NCBI GenBank assembly: GCA_028534125.1
Contig: CM052816.1
Coordinates: forward strand, 22,694,001-22,758,000
Direction: 5' to 3'
DNA length: 64,000 nt
From: Lama glama
Lineage: Eukaryota
Positions 40,501 to 52,440 of this stretch are shown piece after piece. How positions within the stretch are numbered: position 1 is the stretch's first letter; every line of letters begins with the position of its first letter. Position numbers and translations under genes: made by a program. The notes under the pieces were generated by a model. The model saw nothing but the letters and a program-made list of their open reading frames with translations. It was not told where the DNA came from and did not search any database.

Positions 40501-41244
40501 TAGGAAACTATGTTTTAAATTATGTTTTAAAATAATTTTTCCTCTAATCCATAAGGTAAAATTTTCATTGAGAATTTTTTCTAATGTAAAACATATAAGG
40601 AAAATGATATTTTAGCATGAAATCATTAAATGACAACTATACAAATATGTTTATTTTTATTTCATTTTCTCTTAAAGATAATAATGGCAAAAATGGGCTC
40701 AAATAAACATCTCCCAGTGTAACTTTATAACTGAATTGACGATGAATGCATAATGGTGCATATCCGTAAAGTGCCTTTAATAAAATAAATCATTATGAAT
40801 CAGGGCTATTCAAGTGCACACCAGGTATGTAAACTACCAAAAAAGTGTTGGTGAGGAAATAAGAGTAAGTTTTTCTTTGGTGCTGATTTCCTTCAACACT
40901 CACCTATGCCACACATGTCTACACATTCAGCATGTGATGTTTTCTTCCCCCTTCACCCTTGCCCTTCTATGTTTGTCACAATTCCTCCTTTTTATTTACT
41001 TCACCTTTCCCTTTGCTTGTTCCTTCAATTCCCATCCTGCTCTTAGATAGTCTCTGAGTAATGGAGCCCCATAGAATTCTATTTCTCTTCATCAAGAAAG
41101 TCCTTATTGAGGCAACTTTTTGGATAAATTCATTCAGTTTGCAACCCTTCTCTTACCTAATAAATATAGAATTTCTCTGCAGATCTTAGCCAAAATTATG
41201 AAATATGGCAGGTAAGATAAACACCTAAAAAACTAGAGGCTTAC

Positions 41245-41499
41245 AAAGAGGTCAGTAAGCTTGAGAAGCTGATGACAGGGCTGAATTGGCCCAACTCCAG
41301 ACCAAACAGCTGTTGGGGTGAGGAGTGGGGATGTCTGAGGTAAATAACTTTCATCTGGTTGCGGAATGCGGCTCTCACCAGCTAAAAGGGGCATTGAGGA
41401 CCCATGTGAAGCTACAGCAGCCTTGTTTCTTGCTGTGGGGTTGTGCCGCTTAGAAAGATTGATTTTTACTTCCCAGAAAATGAAATCTAGCGCATTCAC
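41245..41499 (-). other. Candidate exon (255 nt, open frame, phase 0-0), product unknown
   Basis: Acceptor ctcttcctctctgcag|GTG, donor TTT|gtaagc; 85 open codons; non-repetitive and more GC-rich than its flanks. Confidence 0.3.
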
Positions 41500-42189
41500 C
41501 TGCAGAGAGGAAGAGTTTCAGGAACAGATGAAGTGAATTCCTTGTTTGAATAATGGGAAGCTGATACTTAATTCCCTGGTTGACTTGAGATGAGCAGTAT
41601 AAACCCACTCAATATGCAGAGACTGTTGGCCAGAGCTGCAAAATGTGATTGCATTAATATTGGAAGCATTTCTATTATTTGAGATGATGGCTGAAATTGT
41701 TTTAAAGGTTTTCATGCTTAAACCAAAATGCTTTTTAGCTTCTCTCTTCTTAGTCCAGCTGAGCTGTACAACTAAATTTGTCAAACCCCAAGTCTCTGGC
41801 ATAAAATAATGAGGACATTATAGGTCTGAGGACAGCCTCAGGTTCTGGTGCCACATGCCTTCATTCCACTGACACACATACTATATGATACGACTTTATC
41901 ATTACAGGTGAGTCACAAATTTAATTCTGAGATAAAGGCTGATGATAATCATGTATCTTATTTCATCTCTTCCTTTAGGAATTCTACTGTTCTAAATGAT
42001 TAGAAATAATACATTTTTCTACATTTGAGCATTTTTTTGAAGATCAACAACTATAAATGAAGATGAATCAAAATCTTATAATGTTTAGTAAGCCAAGCAA
42101 CAATATCCTTCTGAAAATTTGATTAGGTAAGGCACTCAGCTAGAGAAAAACAAGAAGTGAAATGCATTAAAGGTTACTAATATTGTTCA

Positions 42190-42977
42190 AATTCACATTG
42201 GTCAGATCGGCCATCATTAAAAAGTTCATAAACAACAAATGTTGGAGAGGGTGTGGAGAAAAGGGAACCCTCCTACACTCTTGGAGGGAATGCAGTTTGG
42301 TGCAGTCACTATGGAAAATGGTATGGAGGTCCCTTAAGAAACTAAAAACACAGCTATCATATGATCCAGCAATCCCTTTCCTGGGTATACATTCAGAAAA
42401 ATCAAAAACACTAATTTGAAAAGATACATGCACCCCACTCTTCATAGCAGCACTATTTACAATAGCCAAGAGATGGAAATAACCTAAACGTCCATCGACA
42501 GATGACGGGATAAAGAAGCTGTGGTGTATATACACAATGGAATACTATTCAGTCATAAAAAATGAAATAATGCCATTTGCAGCAACATGGATGGACCTAG
42601 AGATGATCAAACTAAGTGAAATAAGTCAGAAAGAGAAAGACAAATATCACATATCACTTATATATAGAATCTAAAAAATTGATACAAATGAAGTTATTTT
42701 CAAAACTGAAACTCACAGATATAGAAAACAAACTTATTGGCTATCAAAGGGGAAAGGGGGAAGGGATAAATTAGGAATTTGAGATTAGCAAGTACAAACT
42801 GTTATATATAAAATAAACAATAAAGTCCTACTGTATAGCACAGGGAACTACATTCAATATCTTATAATAACCTATAATGAAAAAGAATATATACGTATCT
42901 TTGCACAAATCAATCACTATGCTCTACAACAGAATCTAATGCAATATTATAAATTAACTATACTACAGTTAAAAAAT
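42190..42977 (+). mobile_element. 5'-truncated L1 with a TSD of about 19 bp
   Basis: ORF2 C-terminal [23 protein letters not shown] ag(g/a)ttactaa(t/g)attgttca on both flanks. Confidence 0.95.
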
Positions 42978-43319
42978 AGATTACTAAGATTGTTCATTTC
43001 AGCAAATGTTTTTAAAATTATTTTAGCCAGAAGAAAAGAAGAGAAATCAGATTGACTAGTGAAAAATTGTTAGATTCAATTTCCCAAAGGTTCCTTCTCA
43101 AGCAAATAGAATATACTGAAATTACTGAATGGAAAGAGGAGAAATCAAAGGAAATCTAACTGAAAACCTGTTTGGAATTAAAAACTTCAAGGGAAATGGA
43201 CACAGAATGATGGCTACAAGTTACTTATATTTTCAATTCTGTAACAAATGTAAGCTGAATTGGGCTGTTTTGTTGTTCATTCAGGCTATTCTTCCTATTT
43301 CTTCCATAGAGATTGATGA

Positions 43320-44040
43320 AAGCAGCACACACATCATTCTTGATCTCTTCCCTTCCACTACACAGTCAACTCATCAGCAAGTCCTATTTTCTCCACCTTG
43401 AAATATGTTCTGAATTTCCACTTCTCCTCACCCTTATTGCTAACACCCTTCAGCAAACAACTTCATTTCCAGCCTGGATGCCTGCAGTGGCCTCCTGACT
43501 GCTCCCCCTCATCTCACTGTCCCCTATAGTTTTGTCTCTTCACAGCAGCTGTATTTAAAATTAGTCAAATCATGGCCCTGATTGGAAGTCCTCAGTGACA
43601 CATGTCGTATAAAACCCATATCTATACCATGTCTCACCGGTCTCTACCTGTCTGGTTTCTGTCTATTTATTTCAGTTCATCACCTACCACTGCTCCCTTC
43701 CCTCTCTTCTCTGTAGCTGAGCTGCCCTCCAAAGGGGCTGTACCAGACATGTTAGACAAATCCTTACCTCAGGACATTCATTTACATTTGTTCTTCGGCC
43801 CACCTGGAATGGTCTCACCCTACATCTTTATTTACCTTCCTTCTTCTCATAATTTGAGTTTCCTCTTAACTGTCACTTTTTCGGAGCCCTCCTTTCAGCA
43901 TTCACTATCTCTTTACCTCATTTTTTTTCTTTCTGGCACTTATTACCACATTATACTGCTATTATCATCTATCAACTTACTTGTTATTTTCTCTTTCATT
44001 ATAATGTAAACTTCAAACAAGGACCTTGTCCAACAGTTGA
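43320..44040 (+). mobile_element. L2
   Basis: actcatcagcaagtccta...gcctggatgcctgcagtggcctcctgactg. Confidence 0.8.
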
Positions 44041-44269
44041 CACATGCATATCTTTTTCCTTTTCCTTGAAGTCACTAAGTATTTCTGACGTGGGGTTTGG
44101 CTGTTGGTACTATTGTTACTATTGTTTTATTAGATACTTTGATTTCATTCCTCACATTAGCAGCTAATCCAGAGGAAGGTCTCAGAAACTTTTTTTTAAG
44201 TTTTAGTACATCTTTTAGTTATTTGACTAGCTCTTATTGTCTACATAAGCACACAGTGACCTAGTATAT

Positions 44270-44490
44270 ACACTCAAGACAGACTAGCTAGCTAGGTTTG
44301 ACTTCTCAAATTACTTGCTAAATGATCTTTTTATAAATTCTTCATTTATAAGTGATGAATAATAATGCCAACAATAATAATATCCACATTACATACATGC
44401 CACATAGTGTTCTTTCAAGGGCTCAGTGAGTTAATAAATATACAGCTCTTTGAACAATTCTTGGCACAATATAAATGGTTAAAAATGTAA
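44270..44490 (+). mobile_element. MIR (degenerate)
   Basis: ttcttcatttataag...gctcagtgagttaataata...ttggcacaatataaat. Confidence 0.55.
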
Positions 44491-45869
44491 ATTTTGAGTT
44501 TCTTGTCGTAAAACTTCCCTAGATAGAAATGATTACGAAGCTTCACAGAAAGAAGACTCAGTACTAATGACTGCATCAGAGGATTTAAGTTTGGAAAATT
44601 GGGCTTCTGCTGTCTATAAGAGATCATACAGCCAGTATCTCAATTTCCACAAATCTCATTAAGGCTGCAGAAGTGGCAGGCCTTCAGAACACAGTCACAC
44701 TTTCTAGGATGTGCAAGACTCTAGGGTATATAGAGTGACAAAGCTTCCATTTTCTGTAAAGCTGGGGCAGATTCTTTTAGAAAGTCTCCACACTTTGTAT
44801 AATCAATTTGACTGAACCGATTTGCTGTTTCAGTCAAACAACTTGTCAGTCGGGACAAATTGCAGCAAACTAGTTATGTTCAGTGTGGAGACCCATGTCA
44901 CCTCACCCTTTGTTTCTTATGGCCTATGCATACAAATCTTGTGATAATCAATGTAAACAGGCAGGGAGTATTTTGGAAGTATCTGAGGAAATAAATGAGA
45001 CTGGAATGAGAGTAAGTAGAAGAAAACAAAAGAGAATAGATAGATATAGGATATATATTATTCTTAAGTTTTAAAATAATTCTTAAATGTGACAGTGTAA
45101 ATGTATTTTAGGGATTATGAGACATTAGTTTGTTGATTTGTGAACCTTTAGTGTCTAACAGGTACAAGTTTTATTCCAAAGTAACATAGTATTAGTGACA
45201 AAGTGTGTGTGGATGGTTGCATGCATGCAATTGTATCTGTGTGGGGTGGTTTTATTCAAAAAAAAAAAAAAGGAAAAAACCCTGACTTAGTGAATAGAAC
45301 TAAGGTGAGGAGATCCATGAGTTGGTTATCTAACTTAGGTAGTGTTAATAATGAATGCAGGTACCTGACTCTTACTTCACGAGCTTGAATATGCAAGAAG
45401 GTCACAGTCATTTTTCTTTTTTACTATTTCGTTAAGTCTAACTTAATCTGACCTCTTATCTGTCCAGGCTGATAGGTAATTCCACCTTAGTCATTATTAG
45501 TACTCTTGCCCACGCCTCTTCTCAAGGGGGTACAAAGATCCCGAACATTCTGCAGTGCAGGATGTTTGAGAAGTCATTCCTAGCTCTGGTCTTTACTTGC
45601 CCAAGCCCAACTGTTCCTTAAAGTTCAGTGGCTCCTAAAATTTTACTCCTTGCTTAGGCCTGAACAGCTCAATTATGGAAGATGCTAGGAAGCTCACTGA
45701 AATCTATCACTGAAAAAGTCATGAAGACTGTGTCATTTCACTGTTTTCAAATTTTATCCATAAGGAACAGACAACTCCAGTATTAAACTAATCTAAGCCA
45801 CAGAAAATGACAGAAAATCCCCTACGTACCTTTATAAGGTAAAATAACAACTAAATGCAGCAAAGATTG

Positions 45870-46850
45870 TTTTTAAAAATTTACAGTTCCAAAGTTATAC
45901 ATGAAAATTGATTAGAAATTTAAATCAAAAAGTTCATCAACATATGAAAAGAATAATCTATGACCTGGCAGCATTCACTTCAGAAATGCCAGAATAGCTT
46001 AAACATCAGAAATATATCATAGTAATGAATGTAATTAAAAATCGACTGAGAAAATTAATAAAATCTATCCAATAAATGCTTTGAGGTATCTAATACAGTT
46101 TAGCAGCTATTTATAAGAAAATCTCTAAAGAACCAGGGAAAACTACATAATCCATCAAGGAATACTCAGTAACTTTTAAAATTAGAAAACAACAATATAC
46201 ATTTTGAATAATGAAATGCTAAAATATTTGAATAAGCAGAAACAAAACAGACAGACATGACCATTACATTTCAATACTGAATTGCAGGTTCAAGTGAGTG
46301 CAATAAAACAAAAAATATATACAACAGTAAAAGTGCAGGAAAAGAAGAGCTGAAAGATTTCTTTTTCCTATGATACACTTTCATGCCTAGAAAAACCAAA
46401 AGACTTTAGAAATAACCCGCTGGAATTAATATATTTTAATAATGTGACTGGATTCAAGGTACATATTAAAAAGTTAATACTTTTTCTTTATATAAAGAAA
46501 TATCCTCCTAGATATATTAATAGGAACAAATAATCTGCAAGACTGGCTTAGAATGTAAGAGAATTAGGAAAATATTAATTATGTTATATTATTAAGTTAA
46601 GGCACAAGAGCTATCTGAAGAAAACTATTAATGTGAAAAACATGGCTTAAACAGCAACTCATATCATATTCTTTATAAGAAGACTTAATATCACTAAAGT
46701 ACTAATTCTGTCCTGATACTAATAAAGAAATTTGATGCAATCTCAAAATAGAATTCTTACAAGCTATTCTGGGGGGAGCAAAATTGGATATAAATAATTT
46801 TGAACTATTTAAACCTAAATAATTTTAGGTTCATATGGAAGAATAAGGGA
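45870..46850 (+). mobile_element. Very old L1ME-type ORF2 (RT region) fragment
   Basis: gagtgcaataaaacaaaaaa...tatgatac...cctagaaaaaccaaaagact...ggttcatatggaagaataa. Confidence 0.75.
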
Positions 46851-46994
46851 GATATGGGAAAATGGCTATTCTATTAGCAGAACTGTTTTCTTAGTGGATG
46901 TAAGAATATTTTCCCTTTTCCTATTTTCACAGATACTATCTTAGTGCCAGTTCTCATTAGAGTTCAATTATTTTACCAGCATTTAACAGTGTTA

Positions 46995-47420
46995 CTCTTA
47001 GCTAGGTAACCATTCAATAATTCTTCCTCCCTTTTCATAGTAACTTAGACGCTATACTGTTGAGTGCAGCAGTGTATAACAGCTTTTGTTTCATTTTAGA
47101 GTAGTCGATAAGATGAAAACAGAATGCGAGGTGGGGTCCAAGGCAAGCTCTTTAAAAGGGGCTGGCAGCTGGCTCATCCCTTTTTCTTCCCTTCTCTTTT
47201 TATTTTTGATGCCTGGCTTGTAGATTAATATAAGCAGATGTTCAGTTGTCATCTACAAGAGAGCCTGAGGATTTTAGCCACGTACTAAAAGGATGACAGA
47301 CAGAAACAAGCCAGATCCCTAATCACTACAGAGCCACCATGGCATCTCAGGTCTGCTTACCTCTGCACTTAGCTGCTGCTTTTTTGTGATTTCTGTTAAG
47401 TGCAATCAAACTCAATCTAG
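46995..47420 (+). mobile_element. Old MaLR LTR (MLT1J/K-like)
   Basis: ctgcttacctctgcactt...gatttctgttaagtgcaatcaaactcaatcta terminus. Confidence 0.55.
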
Positions 47421-47469
47421 CGCATCTTCAATGAAATCTCCATTCTTGTATAGACTTTCTAAGTGTACA

Positions 47470-47885
47470 TGTAACTGTGTCCATCTCCTGCTTAAAATAC
47501 TTCATTGAATGCTTATTACTTAGAGGTTAAAATTGAAATTCTTTAGGTTGCCACTTACTACTCCCTTTTCTTAAGTCTTCAGATTTATCTCCCTCCTCTA
47601 CCTCAGATCCCTCCCAACATATAAAATACCCTGTAGACTTCTGAGAAGTTGTGTGTGATCTTCCAAGTTCCACTATGAAGCCCTTTCTTGACTATTTTAG
47701 AAATAACGGACTCCTTTATCATTAGCTTTTATTTTGAGTTTTCTATTTATTATTTGCCTTTCTTCCAACTAAATAGGTGATTTACTTGAATGCAGATGCA
47801 TTTTCTTTCTTTTTGTTATCTCTAGCTCCTTGTAAACAAATTGGAAAACATCAGACATTCCACAAATATGTGTTGCATTATTGAT
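47470..47885 (+). mobile_element. L2 fragment
   Basis: ctcctgcttaaaatacttcattg...cacaaatatgtgttg. Confidence 0.6.
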
Positions 47886-48024
47886 TACAATTTATGTTAA
47901 CTAAATTCCCAAGGAAAAGCTTTCCATCCATAGCTTCCTTTACTCTACTCTGTCCCTCATAGCATCTTAGATCCAGGAAACCCCCCTTCCCATGAGAACG
48001 TCTAATTCTGTGCACACTGGGATA

Positions 48025-48440
48025 GATAATATTCATGGAGCACTTAAAATGTGCCAGATATGGTGCTGAGCACTTTTCTCATACAGCTTTAAAACAACAC
48101 AATGAGATAAATTAAATTATATTATCACCCTCTTTGTTTTGCATTTGGAGGATATTTAGAGTGAGGAAAACGAACTGCCCCAGATAACACAGGTAGTGAG
48201 TTGTGAAGCTGGAGTCTAACTCCAGGCAATGAGACTCTGGAGCTCCATGTAATGCTCTGCTTCCCTGATGTAGCTGCTAATTGTTTGGCACTGGAACCAA
48301 ATTAGACCCAAGTTTTAATTATTTCATTTATCTGCCACTTATTATCTATGCAACTTATTGTATGCATTAATTTCTTCATTTGTAAAAAGGAGCGAATAAT
48401 TACTCCCCTCAGTGATTTGGTGTGAGAATTAAATGAGCTG
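48025..48440. mobile_element. Two MIRs head-to-head (48025-48260 minus; 48285-48440 plus)
   Basis: aactgccccagataacacaggtagtgag...actccaggcaatgagactctggagc; tctgccactta...tttcttcatttgtaaaaagg...gtgagaattaaatgag. Confidence 0.75.
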
Positions 48441-50384
48441 GTGCTCAGATTATTCTGTTATTTCTCTCTTAGAATACTGGGTATTTTTGCTTGTTTGTAT
48501 TTTAAGGCATTCATTTTGGGGAATTTGAGATGAAGACAGACTTTTTTCATTGAGAATAATATTTTCATTCAATTTTCAGCCTTGGATGACTGGAAAGTAC
48601 CAGGAAGTCCAGTAACACTTTTAACATTCTGTGTTACAATAGCAGGACTGTGGAGTTACCCACAATGAAATAGCATCCGCTCCAGACCTTATGGGGATTA
48701 ACCAAAGCCTCTCATAATTAAATAGGTCAGTTAATTATGCACAGTCAATGAAATCATAGAAATGCTCATACCTCCAAGGACTTCACTTTAGTTGATTCTG
48801 ACTGACTGAACATACACTTCTTATTTTGTTAATCAGAATTAACAAAAATAGATATATTACTTCACCTGAAATGATTAATTCTGCACAAACCCTTTAAAAT
48901 ATTCACATTTTATGAGCTAAATATTTAGAATCTTTCTAAATCAAAATGACTTGGAGAAGGAAAATTCAACATCCAGGACTAACTAGGAAAAATGATTCCT
49001 AGAAATAATGCATATGTTCAAGTACAGTAGCATTATTCTATTTCTGACATCACAGAGAAATTAAAGAATTGAGTTCTGCACAAATGAGATGTGATATCAA
49101 CACAGTCTTTCTAGAAAATTATGGAGCCTCTGTTATACGGTACCAATAAAATTAACAGGATATAATCAGCTTGCAATCTAGCAACTTTTAAAACAGTACT
49201 AAAGGTTAACACTCAAGTTTTCTAAAGGAAAGCTACAAGAAATTTTTGGTTTACACTCCTAAAGTGGGACCATTGTTTATGAATATAACTGGCAGCTGCA
49301 TGTTGTAATTTGTGAAAATTACTACTAGTTTTCAACTCTAAGAATTCTCAGCTGCTGTCTTTTTTAGCTTCTCTGCCAGAAATTGACTGACTGGACCTCA
49401 AAATCCACAAATACAGATCTGTATCCAGGCAGGCATGCATGTAGTCCTCTCCCTTTGTAATTATAGCATCATTCATTTAATAGAGGAACCAAAAAATTAA
49501 CAATGATCAGCTTCCAGAGGGAGGAGGTTGCTAAAATTCTGAACTCAGCATGTTTCTTTTGAACTTCAGAGCCCTGGATCGAGGACTGATAGCTTTAGAA
49601 TGTAAGTACTTTTATTAATTGCCATTTTCCAGTCTAGGTGCTCAGTGTCCTCAGTCATACAGGACTTTAAGAACTCACGCCATGACTCACATTTGTTTTA
49701 TCCAGGAAAATAGCATTTTTAACTACTTTTTATACACACTTCAATCAGCAATGCCCCCCACCACCCTCCATCCTTCAGGATCTAGAGCTAGAAAAGAGCT
49801 CTGGAAGAGGGCATTCTCAAGGGTTAGCATCTGAGAATTGGCCACGCATTAGCTATGTGTGCATTCACTACTATTCTTTTCTAGTCTTATGCTTCTTTCC
49901 ATCAATTAAAACTCTAAAGGATCCGATTTTACTTGACCTTTGGCTAAACAATTGCTCCCAATTGGTTATTTCCAATAGGACCCTCTAATTTTAAACTAAT
50001 TAGTACATAAAAAGCATCTTCTCTTGTTTATTTAATTGCATACCCAGCACGTCTCAAGAGGTTTTTAAGAATGAAGGTGGAAGGATCAAGTTTTGGGATT
50101 AAATTATAATTCAATTGTTTGGGAGAATGAATGTTGCTCAGTCTTTCCCAGGAAGATTAATGTCATCTGTTCTGAAAATTTTTATGCAATAGTTTGCTGA
50201 GATAAGTGAATTGATCACATAATGATAAGTTACCATACTACAAACATGTTCAATAAATCGCTATAGAAAATAATTTTTTGACTAAAAAATGCTAGCATAT
50301 CTTATTTCAACTAAGACAACTGCTATCTTTTTTCCTATGGAAGAGTTCAAACATAATGAAAAGCAGTCATACAGCAATAACTAA

Positions 50385-51340
50385 GTCATCAATTCAACAA
50401 GTATTTATTGAGCACCTACACTGCATAAGATGGTTCAAGGTACTGGATATGGCTGTGGGCAAGACGGACAAAAATCTCTGACCTCATGGAACTTTCATTC
50501 TCACAAGGCAAAAATATATGAGTATATTATTTATAAAATGTCAGGTTAAAAGTGATAATGAAGAAAATATAAAGCAGGATAAGTATACAGAATATGAAGA
50601 ATCATACATGGTGATCAGAGAATGTATCTTTGAAAAGATGACATTCAAGCAAAAACTAAAACTATCTTAGGAGGAGTCTTCCAGGCAGAAGAAACTGCTA
50701 GAACAAAGATCTTAACACAAAGCACTTGTGACTGTTAGGGAAACACTTATCTACTTGTTTGGAGAAGTAGCTAGAAGCCAGGTCATTTGAAGCCGAAAAA
50801 ATTATAGCACGGAATTAAGATTTTGTTTTAAAAGTCATGGTGCATCACTAAAGATTTCTGCATGGGAGTGACACTACATTATTCTGCATGCTGTATGGGG
50901 AATGGGTGTAGATACGTAAAATTTGCACAGTAGAGTAAACCACTGCATCTTGTGAATCAGGAGTCCTGGAGCGACCAAGAGTGAAGGATCCATTTGGGAG
51001 TCATCAGTAAGTAGAGACAGTATTTAAAAGCATGGCAGAAAATAGATCACTCAATGATTATTACACATAAGGAAGAACAGACATCCCTATTCCCTGGGGT
51101 TCTCCAATACAGTGGTCAGAAAGTAAGTCACTTCAACCTTTACTAGGAACACAATACACTCAAAGTCCAGAGTTTCAAGCAGCAGCAAATGATCAGCTGT
51201 GTCAAATGCTGCTGAGAGGTCAAGCAACTGGCTTCCAAGTAACCAAAGGATTTGCAACCTAGAATTTACTGTAGGTTTTTTACAAGATTTTTAAAAAATG
51301 GAGTAATAAGGAATAAAGCCTAATAGAAATGAGTTATCTC
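50385..51340 (-). mobile_element. L2
   Basis: attcaacaagtatttattgagcacctac; gatcagctgtgtcaaatgctgctgagaggtcaag. Confidence 0.9.
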
Positions 51341-51399
51341 TCAAATTTTTGCTGAAGTTAACCTTCTGCTTTATATACTTCAAATCTCTTTTTAAAATA

Positions 51400-52440
51400 A
51401 GTAAAATTTCACACTGATATAGTCTGAAACCTAACTCTTCCTTTTCTAAGCCTTCTTCCCTGAACTACAATGACTATCCAGGATTGTTTACATTCATCCT
51501 ATGATTTTATTGTTGTTATGATAAAATTTTTTTTCCTTTTAATGATTACATTGTGATTATCAAATTTTTACTTATCCTTTTGTGATTCATTTTTAAAAGT
51601 TTATCTTTAAAACATACAGATATTTCATTTTGATACATAAACACACACATATAGAAGTAAATTTATTTTATCATAATTTACTCATTAAGTTATTTATGTA
51701 TTTCCCAACTGACAGATGCTTACATTTCTAATTTATCTGCTATTGTAAAAGATGCAATAAACATCCCTGCATATGTCTTATACATGTTCTTATGCACATG
51801 TGGAAGAAGTTTAGTACATAAACCTAGAAGGACAATTGCTGAAATTTACATCTTCAATTTTATCTCACACCACAGAAAACCTTTCCCCTCTGAAACAAGG
51901 TAGAATGTTTGTATGTTAAATTACTCATTTTGTCCTTCATATCTCTTAACTACATTCTGTTTTCTCTCTGTTCTATGTATCTTGTACTTCGCTAGTATCT
52001 CTTTAGCTGTGTCTAGTTTGTTTTTGAATCTATCAAGTTTTTAATTTTAATATTTAGATTTTTAAATTCAAAAAGTTCTATTTGGTTATTTATAGTGTCC
52101 TTTTAAAATTATATTTTCAGTTCATTTCTTCAATCATATAAAAATATATTCATTTCACAGCCTCTTTTAGAGTTTCTTATTATGTCTACCCTTTGAGGTG
52201 CTAATTTTTATCTTCTTGCATCTGTTGATCATTTCTCAGTATTTCATTTTCTTGTATAACGTACAATATTTTATTATGAGATCATCCACCACAAGAGTTG
52301 TCTATTCTGTGCTAATTACCTGTGAACTGTGTTTGAAAAATATCACTGTGGAGCAATTTGAGTCTACTTCTGTTTTTGATGGTCCTGTACAAGCTTATAA
52401 ACATTTCTCTCTTTATGATATGTGAACCTGCATGATTGTA
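51400..52440 (-). mobile_element. Old L1M fragments
   Basis: gctattgtaaaagatgcaataaacatcc; tctttagctgtgtctagtttgtttttg. Confidence 0.6.

Noticed and set aside
39572..42535. ORFs with Cys/Trp-rich motifs
   Set aside because: L1 ORF2 C-terminal remnants or their antisense frames, not host genes
48824..48847. TTTTGTTAAT-caga-ATTAACAAAA hairpin
   Set aside because: Low-complexity AT stem expected by chance
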